A stretch of 58,808 bases of DNA, filler included, from Rhizaria sp. SCN 62-66 (lineage: Eukaryota): assembly GCA_001724265.1 (NCBI GenBank). It is 2 parts of 2 records of this genome, joined end to end, with 100 filler letters (N's around TTAATTAATTAA, not from the genome) between each part and the next. Parts side by side here need not be neighbours in the genome. Positions count along the whole stretch, not along the records: positions 1 to 29,346 come from MEDY01000379.1; 1 more part is not named here. The stretch is one strand, 5' to 3'. Of the stretch, positions 10,115 to 20,600 are shown one piece after another (position 1 is the first letter of the stretch; every line of letters begins with the position of its first letter). The notes beneath the pieces were generated by a model. The model made no database searches. It was not told the origin of the DNA and saw nothing but the letters and a program-made list of their open reading frames with translations. The translations under genes were made by a program, and so were the position numbers.

Positions 10115-12529
10115 ATGTCTGACGCTAATTTACCAAGCGCTTTGCCGCTCCCATCCCCGCGCGCGCCGACGCGGCCAAGTCGACTCGATGTGTAGCTGCT
10201 CTCAACATCCCGCAGCGAGGGACCCTCGGATGCGGAGGATCCGCTCGTCAGCGCGCGCAGCAACGCGAGCTTTTACGGCAACAATGAGCTCGCGCTGGGC
10301 GTATTTGCACAGCAGCGCGGCCAGCACGGCGCTATGATACCGATGGCCGCGCTGAACCGCGAGCAGCTGGGCGGCTCTCCGCTCTCGCTCTCGCTCTCTC
10401 TGTCCCCGCCTGGGCCGCGCTCGCCAGCCAACGATGTGGAAAACCGCAACAGTGACAACAACGTTGCTGATGCGAGCAACGCTTTAGATGGTTCCTCTCT
10501 TGCAGCTGCACAGAGTGCGCGGGCAGAGCGGCTGTGCGGCTACGTCGCGGCGGTCCTCGCGGTGCTGGTGCTAACGCTCGTCACAGCTGTTGCGCTCGCC
10601 GTAAACGGTGAACTCGGCGGCAGTGAAAGCAGTGGCAGCGGCAGGCCACGTCCAACTTGGCCTATTGCTAATGCGCGCGCACACTCCGCGCTAAAGCCCG
10701 CACCTGGAGTGAATCGCAGCAACGAAACATAGACTGCATTAATCAACGCAACTGCAGTCGCGGCGTCGTCCGCGGGCACCGCACTATCTGTGCACAGCTC
10801 AAATGGTTTGACCTCCGCTCGCGCCCACAATAGCACCCCAAGCCATAGCAATAGCAGGTGCAGAAGCAATGCGACTGCTGCCTCCCGGTCTGCAACTGCG
10901 CCGTGTGCAGCTGCGCCGACGTGGGCAGGCGAGCTGCTCACGGTCACGCCGCACGACCGCCTGGTTGTCGACTGCAGGCCGCTCACAGGCACCGCGCCGG
11001 CCACCGGCAGAGCGGCTTTTGCATCCAGCACACGAGGCGGCAGAAACGCGCACGCTTTCGGGCGCGGTCGTAGCGCGACCATGGACGCGGCGGTGCCCGC
11101 CACTGGCACGAGCGCGGGCGCTGGCACTGGCGCAAGCGTGAGCGAGATGCTTTCCGAAAAAATCGCATGTGTGTTGCGCACCCGCGGTAACAGTACTGTA
11201 CCTACAGCCTTAGACGCTACCCTGGCTGGAACTGCGCCGACAGCTGCAGGGGCAGCAAGTGACTTTCCGTGGCTTGTGATGCTGCTGCCGCCGCGCGGCG
11301 CGCTCTGGCGCTGCGGCTGGGGCAAGGCCGGTGCTTCCTTCTTTGCCGGCGGCTCAGGCTTTTACGCCGCTAGTGCCGCCGCCTCAGACGAAGCTGCGAC
11401 CGCCGCGGCAGGATATTTCGGCGGCGTCGGCCGCGCGGCGCGCCTGGACGAGGCTCGCTGCCGCGGCGGGCTCGCGCTGCCCACGGCGTCACTTACCAGC
11501 GCCACCTCTTAGTCCGGTACTTGCGCTGGCATAACTGACGTTGTTGTTGAGGCGGGATACGTGCGCGGCTACAGTGGCGTGGTGGGCAACAAACATCACC
11601 GCTCGCGCGGCCGCCACACCAGGAGCGCGACTGGATCGGCAGCTGCGCCAGCGCCCGTTGCGCCCGCAGCACACAGTCTTGCAATGCCGTTTGCGGTGTC
11701 CACAGCCGCAGCAGCAGCGCGCAACGGTGGGACTGCGGGCGAGCGCGTTTGCCGCGCTGCCTACGGCGGCGCACTGGCATCGCTGGCGCTGGGCACAGAC
11801 GCCACCGGGCTGCGCCGCGCGCTTGCAGCCTTCCGGCACGAGAACGGCCATGACACAGCCGCATGCAGTAACTCCGGCAATACTACAAGAGTCGACCCTC
11901 GCTTTGTTGCAATTGCCAACGAGCCCCGCGCCGACAGCGACGTCAGCGACGGCCCTGACTGGAGCTGGCTCGACGGGCCCGGCGCAGCGCCCGGCGCAGC
12001 GCCCGGCGCGGCGCCCGGCGCGACGGCTGGCACGGCGCCCGGCGCGACGGCTGGCGCGGCGCCCGTCGCAACCACGGGCGCGTCAGCGAGCTCTGTTGTG
12101 CTGCGCGCGTCGCTGCGGGAGCCGCCGGAGCGAGTTTCGGACTGGAGCAGCTTCGTCAATGGTCTTACGCTCAACAGTGACCGCGCGCGCTTCGCTGACC
12201 TGAACGACGGCGTTGCCGCTGCCGGTGCGGCGGAGCGAACTAGTGTGAGCAAGGAGGACGAGCAACGCGTGCGCGCATTTGAGCTTTTTTTGCGCGACAA
12301 TACAGACACGCGTAACTCGCAAGGCAGCCGCGATAGCAGCAGTAGCAGTGACAATGTGGTGCTCATGGGGTACCCGCGGTGGGAATCGCTCGGCCCGGCA
12401 CCCGCCGAACACGAGGAGGGATGGATGGAGCAGCGGCCTAATGCAGTTTCCGACGACGAGGGACTCTGGACTTTTGTGGTGACCGGTTATGGAACGATCA
12501 AGGGTGCGCTGCGACTTGAAGCGACTTGA
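10115..12529 (+). CDS. 804-codon reading frame for a putative type II membrane protein with three in-frame TAG codons (10193, 10730, 11510). Recoded or edited gene, or a pseudogene
   Basis: ORF-track pieces 10334-10732, 10790-11512 and 11561-12529 are all in the same frame, each separated only by a single TAG. The frame extends upstream through another TAG to ATG 10115 (MSDANLPSALPLPSPRAPTRPSRLDV*LLSTS...). GC-rich coding-like composition spans this interval. Hydrophobic TM segment YVAAVLAVLVLTLVTAVALAV at about 10540-10603. Confidence 0.7.
11978..12064 (+). repeat. Degenerate 12-bp tandem repeat (CCCGGCGCRGCG-like, about 7 units) encoding PGAA/PGAT/AGTA
   Basis: Read directly: cccggcgcagcg cccggcgcagcg cccggcgcggcg cccggcgcgacg gctggcacggcg cccggcgcgacg gctggcgcggcg. 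The repeat preserves frame. Confidence 0.85.
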
Positions 12530-12940
12530 AGCGTTGGAAGTGAGGACTCTGGATGTGGTGCACGTATCAGACCATATAACAGGCCATTAAGTGGAAATAC
12601 GCAAAAATAATGATAATATTGCTATTAACTCAGTGTAAATACAATAGATGCAAGATATTTCTAGTTGAAAAGTCGATATAGCCTTACTACAACAAGAAAT
12701 ATAATATGAGTGACTGTGGTTGTGGTGGACGGTGTCCTGGCCAGGCTTCTCCAGGCAAGCAAAACTGACGATGCGCAGAACGTTTGAAACCCCTAACTTC
12801 GTCGTCATTCTGTTATGCCGTTGTAATCCTATATTAAAATCGTGTTATATTTTATTATATTATTTGTCGCACTCACTGAACACTCACTTTCCTCTTGTGT
12901 ATGGTCCTTTGAAAACTCGCACTTGCTCTGCAGCCAACCT

Positions 12941-14170
12941 ATGTCCAACCGGCGCGGCATTAAGGGCATTAAGGGCACTCACAACGAGTTCACGGCCCGT
13001 CGTGGTCTGCGCGAGGATGGGCAGCCAGATTTGATGGCGACGAGCGCGCTGGAGCTCTCCGAGAAGACTGTCCCGAAGGTCTCCCGCCGCAAGATGAAGG
13101 AGATTGTCGATGGTGCTGGCGCGATCCCGCTGGCCATGTGGGACTTCGACCAGTGCGACCCGCGCAAGTGCTCGGGTCGTCGTCTTGAGCGTTTCGGACT
13201 GCTACGCTCGCTGCGCGTGACGCAGAAGTTCCCCGGCCTGATCCTGACGCCCGTCGGCAAGTCCATCGTGTCGCCGCAGGACAAGCCCGTGGTGGAGCAG
13301 ATGGGCGTGGCCGTCGTCGACTGCTCCTGGGCCAAGCTCGACGACGTGCCCTTCGCCAAGATCCGTGGCAAGCACGAGCGTCTGCTGCCCTTCCTCTACG
13401 CGGCGAACCCGATCAACTTCGGCCGGCCGTACAAGCTCACGTGCGCGGAGGCGATCGCGGCCGCGCTGCAGATCTGCGGCTTCCCGCTTGAGGCGCGCCT
13501 CGTCATGAGCAAGTTCACCTGGGGCGAGGGCTTCTTCGCCATCAACCAGGAGCTCTTCGAGCGCTACGCGCGCTGCGCCGACTCCGCCGCCGTGCTGGCC
13601 GAGCAGCAGCGCATCGTGGCGAAGCTGGACAGCGTCAAGGCCGCTAAGGCCGCGGCCAAAGAGCGCCGCGAGGACGCCGGGCTCGGCGCGGGCCGCGTCT
13701 TCGAGCGCGACGAGCTCGGCGGCGACAGCGAGGGCCGCGGCGCGGCTGAGGACGACGAGGAGGCCCCCGAGGCCGATGGCGGCGACGACGAGGACTGGAG
13801 CGGCGTGCTGAACTTCTGCGCCGCCAAGTGGGTCAAGGGCAAGGACGACGACGACGACGACGACTGCGACGAGGATGACGACGAGGACGAAGACTGCTGT
13901 GACGAGGACGGCGACGAGGACGAAGATGAAGAGGATGAAGACGAAGATGAAGACGAGGACGAGGACGAGGATGAAGAGGAGGAAGAAGAGGAGGTGCGCA
14001 AGCCTGGCGGCAAGTACATCATCCCCAAGTCCGTGCTTAAGGGTCTGTCGCCGCAGGAGCGCGAAAAGCTCATCAAGAAGATCGAGGCCCGCAACGCGCG
14101 CAAGGACGCCGCTGACGCCAAGCTCGCCCGCGGGCTCGCGCGCAAGCTCGCCAAGACCAAGATCGAGTGA
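12941..14170 (+). CDS. TSR3: 18S rRNA aminocarboxypropyltransferase Tsr3 (~409 aa) with a long acidic tract
   Basis: Motifs LAMWDFDQCDPRKCSGRRL, VSPQDK, GVAVVDCSWAKL, RLLPFLYAANPINFGRPYKLTCAEAIAAAL and FTWGEGFFAINQELFERY are diagnostic. ATG 12941 follows AT-rich DNA. D/E run at about 13843-13992. Stop is TGA. Confidence 0.96.
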   Translation: MSNRRGIKGIKGTHNEFTARRGLREDGQPDLMATSALELSEKTVPKVSRRKMKEIVDGAGAIPLAMWDFDQCDPRKCSGRRLERFGLLRSLRVTQKFPGLILTPVGKSIVSPQDKPVVEQMGVAVVDCSWAKLDDVPFAKIRGKHERLLPFLYAANPINFGRPYKLTCAEAIAAALQICGFPLEARLVMSKFTWGEGFFAINQELFERYARCADSAAVLAEQQRIVAKLDSVKAAKAAAKERREDAGLGAGRVFERDELGGDSEGRGAAEDDEEAPEADGGDDEDWSGVLNFCAAKWVKGKDDDDDDDCDEDDDEDEDCCDEDGDEDEDEEDEDEDEDEDEDEDEEEEEEEVRKPGGKYIIPKSVLKGLSPQEREKLIKKIEARNARKDAADAKLARGLARKLAKTKIE

Positions 14171-14674
14171 GCACGAAGTTGAGACAAACCTGAATGCTGC
14201 GTGCGCTACGGCCTTGAAAATGTTGAACATGTGAACTATGTAACGAGTCTCTAGCTGCGCGTCGACCCTCAATGACAGCTGGTGATGTTGCTGTATTGTT
14301 TGCAGGCCATAAACATATGTTGGTCTGATACATTGACTTATCAACTCTCTCATGAATAAACACTCTTATGACTGAATACTAAGAAAAACCGTATCTCCTA
14401 TCTCATATTTGAATCGAGTTGTGTATTATTGATGTCAAGAATCGCGCATGAAAGCGCCCTCCCTAATCTTTCAAGTTAGTGCTGAAGGTTACTTCGATGT
14501 GTGTAATTGATGTTATCAAAGGTATAAGGAAAAACAAAATCCGCAATCACTTCGCAAATAACGTTGAAATTTCACGGATTGTGTTAAGACTTGACTCGGT
14601 GTAAACCAAAAAGTCAAGTAAGTGTGAAGGTTTTCTTTAAAGTTGCTTCTTACATGCAACTATGGGGTTTGTGC

Positions 14675-17600
14675 TTAGTAGCCCATGATGTCGCTGAGCC
14701 CAGAGAGGCCGGCGAGCACGGTTGTGCCGGGCACGAAGACGCCGTTGGTGGGTGTCGACATAACCGTCACCGTGTCAGCGAAGCGCGAGAGCAGCGTGGA
14801 CGCCGCGGCCGAAGTCGCCGCAGTGGTGGTGCCAGTGGCGCTGGCGCTGTCGACGAGGGACAGCAGGTCGGCGTTCTCCGTGCGGAAGCGCTCCATGGGG
14901 AGCACGGAGGCCATGGCGGCCTGGGAGGTGTCGACCAGGCCCTGCACAAAGGTGCCCGCCACGTTGGCCTGTGCAGCGTCCATCCCTGAGAAGACGGACG
15001 AGAAGGACGCGAAAGGCGTGAAGGTGCTGGTGCTGCTCGGCGTGACGGTGATGGGCAGCCCGCCGGAGCTGGTCGACGACGAGGTTGCCGCGGAGCTCCC
15101 GGAGCTGGAGCTGGAGCTCGGGGTGGTGGTGCCACTGGTGGTGCCCGTATTGGTGTTGGTCATCTGCGTCGGCAGCGCGAAGAGGCTCGCCAGCGGGTCC
15201 GTGACAGTGGACGTGGAGCCCGTGGTGCTGCCGATGCCGCTAAAGAGGCTGCTGAACGGGTTCGTGACGGTGTCCGTGCTCGTGCCAAACAGCCCCGCAA
15301 AGGGCGAGGTCACGGTGCTGGCCGCGGTGCTGCCAGTCGAGGACGTGGTCGAGCCCGCGGCGTTGGTGAGCGAGCTGAACAGGTCCGTGAACGGCGTCGT
15401 CGTCGTCGTCGCCGCCGTGCCCGTGGTCGAGCCCGCGGTTGAGGTCGCCGAGTTGGCCGCAGTGGCGATGGGGTCAAACAGGCCAGCGAAGGGCGAGGTG
15501 GTCGACGTGGCAGTCGTGCCGGAGGTCGAAGCCGCGCTGGTGAAGGGGTCAAAGAGACTCGACAGCGGCGATGTCGCGCTACTCGTCGTTGTCCCAGTGG
15601 TCGGCGTACCGGTGGTGGTGCCGGTAAGCGCGTTGAAGAGTCCGGAGAACTGCTGCGTGCGGTAGTGGCGGTGGCGCTCGCGCAGGCCCATGGGCAAGAT
15701 GGACGTGATGTTGCTGTTGGCAATGTTGCTGGGCAGCAGCGCGCCGAGGTTGTTCTCCAGGTTCGTGGCCGAGGTGCCCAGTCCGGTCGAGGTCTCGGAC
15801 ACGGTTCCCATCGCGTCACTGAGTGAGCCCGCGAGACATGTGAGCTTGTCGCCGGTGGCGCAGGCCTGCGTGCCGTCCATGACCTGGCCCGCGGAGCAGG
15901 CGACACGGCACGTGTTGAGGCACGACGCGCCGCTGGAGACGGACTGCGCGGCATTGATGCCGACGTTAGCACCCTCGGACGCGCCCGCCTGCAGCAGCGG
16001 CATCATGGCCTGCGCCGTGGAGGGCGTGAGCTGCATCAGCGGCAGCGGCGTGGGCAGCGAGCCGATGTTGGGCATGAACGAACTCATCAATCCGGGGTCC
16101 GAGATGAGGCCCGTGGGCGTGTTGGGTACCTGCACCGCGGTGCCCAGCGACGGCAGCGTGGGCCCGGGCAGGTTCTCCAGCCCCAAATTCGTGCCTGCGT
16201 CGCTGAAGGATGACACCATGCCCTCGATGTTGTTGAGGCACGACGCGTAGCACGCAGAGTTCATGCACAGCAGGTCGTTGAGCTGGCTGGGGAAGGAGCC
16301 AAAGCTAGACAGCCCCTGCGACGGCGAAAAAGCCGTGCCCGCAATCGACTCGAGCGGCTTGAGCAGCGCGCTGCCCGTGGAAGATGTGGTGCCCGACGAG
16401 CTGGTGCCGGAGAGCAAACTCGATATCCCCGACGTGGGCTCGAGCAACACGTCCACCAGCGAGGCCAGCGTGCGGAAGCCGCTCGTGGTTGTCGCGGGCG
16501 TCGCGGCCGCGCTGGTACTTGTGCTCGAGGTCGTCGTGGTGCCAGAGCTCAGCATCGTGAGCGGCAGGATCAGGTTGAACGGCGTGGCAAACGCGTCCGT
16601 CGCCGTCGTCGCCGCAGTGCCCGTGCTGGTGCCTGTGGCCGCCGACGTGACGCCGGGAAGGCTCGTGCCCAGCATCGCGTTCGAGGCCTGGCGCACGGCG
16701 TCCAAGAACGCGTTGCTCGTGGTCGTTGCAGTGGTTGCCGCGGCAGCTGTGGGCAAGGCTGCGGCGTTGGCGGCCACGGAGGAGGCGGCGGCGGTCGGCG
16801 CAGCGGCGGTGGCGCTCGCTAGGCCCGTGAGCGAGGACGTAGGCAGCAGCGTGTTCAGGTCCGCCGCAGTCACGCCAGAGGTGAGCGCGGGGAGAGTAGT
16901 GCCGGTGAGCGACGGAATAAGGCTGCCGATCGAAGGGACGGAGGTGAGGCCGGTGAGCGAGGGCAGCACGCCGCTGCTAAGCCCCGTGGTGGTGCCCGTC
17001 AGCAACGAGCCGACGCCGTTGGCGCCCGTGGTCGCCTGCGCGAGGTTGTTGGCGGCGACAGTACCAGCGTCGTTCAGCGTTGCAGTAGCTTGCTGCGCGC
17101 CCGTGGCCAGACCGCCCAGATTGGCGAGATTAGCGTTAGCCGCGTTCGCGGTGACGCCAAGGTTGCCGGCCAGTCCGTTGATGCCGGTGGCTGCGTTGGA
17201 AAGCGAACCCAGGTTGCCGGCCGCAGCGACCAGGTTCGAGTTGGCGCCCTCAACAAGGCCGCCCGTGCTGAGCAGGCCTGTCGAGGCCTGCGCCAGTCCG
17301 TTAGCGTTGGCGCCGGAGAGAGAGAGCGAGTTGGCGGCGGCGTTGCCTAGGTTGGTCAGCGCGCCCGACTGCGCAGTCAAGCCGGTGCCCAGGTTGCTGA
17401 ACCCGGCGGTCGCGCCCGTCGCACCGCTGGTCAGTGTGGAGCCGAGTCCCGACGCGCTGGCGGTCTGCGCCGAGATGGTGTCGGCCGCGCGGTTGCCTAG
17501 GTTGGCCGCGCCCAGCGCGTTGTTGCCCAGGCCGCTGGTCAACTGCATCATCTGCTCCGCCAGCGTCGAGCCTGTCGTCGTCGCTGCGGTCGTCGCCGTG

Positions 17601-20600
17601 GTGCCCGTCGCGGCCATCGTCGTGGCGCGGCGCACGAGCGTGTCGAAGACGCCCGCCACGGCGGCGCGGTGACCGCCGCGCGCGGTGAGCGCGAAGGGCA
17701 GCACCACCGCCGAGGGCACGAGCCCGCCGAGACCCGCGAGACCGGCGAGCCCCGTGCTAGCGGTGGTGCTGCCCACCGAGACGGGGTTCGCGCCCTGGCC
17801 GCCGATGGGCGCAAGCGTGGTGCCCGTTGTCGTGCTTGTGGTGCGGCCGCCCAGCGCGTTGCTAATCGCGTTGCTAATGCTGTTGGAGACCTCCTCGATC
17901 GCAGTCGCGTTCGACAGCGCGCGCAGCGCCGACTCGACGCCCGTGGCGTTGGCGCCCGTCAGCGAGCCGCCCGCGGCCTCGAGGAACGAGCCCGCCGTGC
18001 CAGGCGCCACCGTCGTGGCAGTTGCCGTGTTGGCCGCGGAGTTGGCCGCGGTGGTTGCCGCGGTGCTGGCGGCAGTCGTCGCGCCCGCGCCCGAGGTGAG
18101 GTTGGTGAGCGCGCCGAAGAGCGGCAGCGAGCCCAGCGAGCCCGTCGAGTCGCGGCTCGCGCCCAGCGCAGCGGCAAAGTCGGAAACGGAAAAGAAGCCG
18201 CCGTCGGTGAAGCCCGGCAGACGCAGCCCGCTCGTCGCGGTGCTCGTGCCGGTACCCGTGGCGGTGCCGGCAACCGTGTTGGCGGCGTTCGCGGCCGCGG
18301 TGCCCGCCGCCGACACGGCAGTCACGGGCGAGGCGGCCGTGCTCGTGGTTCCGGCGGTGCTCGCGGTCCCGAGGCGGCCGCCGAAGAGCGCGTTGGTGGC
18401 CGAGGCAATGCCGTTGACGAAGTCCTCGATGTTGAGCGAGGAGCCTGCGGCCGTGGCCTCGAGGATGTGCGCGCGCCGGTTGCGGCCGAAGACGCCCAGC
18501 GGCGTCACGACCGTGGGCAGCGCCGGCAGCGCGGCGGCCGCGAACTCCGGCGTGGGCTGCGCGGCCGCGGCCGTGCTGGGGTTGAGCTGCACGAGCGTGT
18601 TGATGAAGCCGACCATGCGCGTCTCGTCGGCGCCCGAGCAGCAACCGCGCCAGCACGTCTCCGTGGGCGTCGCCTCGCCCGCCGCGGGTGCCGTCGTCAC
18701 CGCGGTGGGGCAGTTAACGAAGCACTGCATGCACGCGTCCGACGGCATCTCCATGCCAGCCGTGCTGGTGGTGGCGCCCGTCGCCGTTGTTGTCGTGCTC
18801 GTGGCGGCGTTGGTGGCGGCAACGGGCTGCAGGATTGGCAGCGACTGCAGCGACGCGAGCGCGGGCACAGTGTAGCTGAAGCGCTCGCTGCTCACCGTCA
18901 CGCCGGGCTGCTCCGCCAGCTCGTACGAGAAGGAGAAGGTCACCGCGTCGCCCGCGCTCGCGCGCAGCCCGCGCGCTTCGTAGGTCGCGCCCGCGCGCGT
19001 CATCTGGACGTGGAAGCGTGCCTCGTCGTTGACCGCGTAGTGCAGCACGGCCCAGGACAGCGTCGCGGCCGTCTGCGTGCGCACCGTCGGGTCGGTCGCC
19101 GAGACCGAGCCCGGCTGCGTGGCCCACAGCAGCACGTCGATCCCGCTCTCGGCCGTCGCCACGGAGCTGGGCGACGCCAGCGACGGCCCCGTCGACGCCG
19201 TGGGCACGGTCGGCACGACGGGCACCGCAGGCACAGTTGGCGCCGTCGCCACGCCGGGCAGAGTCGACGTGCCCGCGGCGGCAGCGGCGGCGGCCGCGGC
19301 GGCCGCGGTCGCCGCAGTGTTGGCCGCGGTGTTGGCGGCGCTGGTGGCGCTGCTAACGGCGGCGGGCGCGGCGGGCGTGACGCGCGCAACGATGTTGGTC
19401 GCGACGGCGAAGACGTCGGTGCCGATGGGCGAGATCGTCGTACCCGCGGCCGTGGTGGTGGCCGTCGCCAGGGGGGTCGCGGGCGACCACTTCTGCACCG
19501 CGCCCGCCGTGGACGCCGTGCCCGCCGCGTCGCGCGCGCACACGGCTTGGAAGAAGAGCGCGCGGCCCGACGCCGAGGCCGGCAGCGGCACTGAGGGCGC
19601 GTGGAAGACCGACGCCGACACGCGCTCAGTCAGGTGGCGCGACAGCGGCGCGTAGCCGGCCGCGGTCGTGGCGCCCAGCGCGGCGATGGCCTCGTCGCTC
19701 AGCGAGGCGGGAGCCGACGCGTTTGCGGGGCCCGCGCGCGCGTGCACGTCGCAGCGCGCAACGGAGCTGTCGGCCGTGTCGATGAGCACGCGCGCGGCCG
19801 CCGCGGACCGCGCCTGCACCTGGTACGCCCACAGCGTCGAGGTCAGCGGGGTCGCCGTCGCAGTCGTCCCAGTCGTCCCAGTCGTCCCTGCAGTCGTCCC
19901 TGCAGTCGTCCCTGCCCCAGCAGCGGTGGTGGTGCCGGTGGCCGAGGGGAAGAGCGTGGCCAGCGCAGGGATCGGCGTGTCGAAGATCGACTCGAGCGCG
20001 GGCGCGCCGCTCGCTGCAGCCGCGGCAGTCGCGGGCGTGGTCGTGGCGCTGCTTGCCGAGGACGCGGTCGCGGCGGTCGCGCCCGCGGCGGCCTCCGGCG
20101 CAAGCCACTCGACGGGGTCCGTCTGGAGCACGCTGCCGTCGCGGCGCTGCACGCTGAAGAGAAAGCGTAGCCCGCGCGCGACGCGGCCCGCGCCGGCGTC
20201 GAGCGTGGTGGTGAAGTAGGCTCCGCCCGCGGCCGCCAGCGCGACTGAGCGCGCGTCGCGCAGCACGCCCGCGCCGTCGAGCAGCGAGTACGTGAGGTCC
20301 ACCGCGGCGCAGCACGTCGCCGCGTCCTGCGGACCTGGCAGCGCCAGCGCCGTCGCGGGCAGCGCGGGCGCGTCCGCCGCGGCAGCAGGGACTGCGACGA
20401 ACTCGACGCGCGCGAAGCGAGCCGCGGCGGAGGTGGCGGCGTTCGGGAAGGCCTCAGCGAGCGGCTGCACGCGGTGGTAGACGGCGGTGCTCGAGCCCGG
20501 CAGCGAGAGCAGACGGTACGAGGTCGTCGACGCCGCGGCCGCCGCAGCCTCGACAGTCGCGACCGCGGGCGTCGCCACGGTCGTCGTCGGGACGGTCGGT

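Noticed and set aside
10709-10732. A 24-nt GT..AG mini-intron (GTGAAT...CATAG) that would remove the second TAG in frame, and GTATGT(10113)..TAG(10195) for the first
   Set aside because: The eight supported introns are 130-296 nt with GTAnG donors and pyrimidine tracts. GTGAAT does not fit, these segments lack tracts, and the third TAG has no good in-frame donor. Not fully excluded without RNA-seq.
10115-12529. Pyrrolysine or selenocysteine decoding of the internal stops
   Set aside because: Sec uses TGA. Pyl is not known in eukaryotes, no pyl genes are present, and the TAGs fall in linker-like rather than catalytic contexts.
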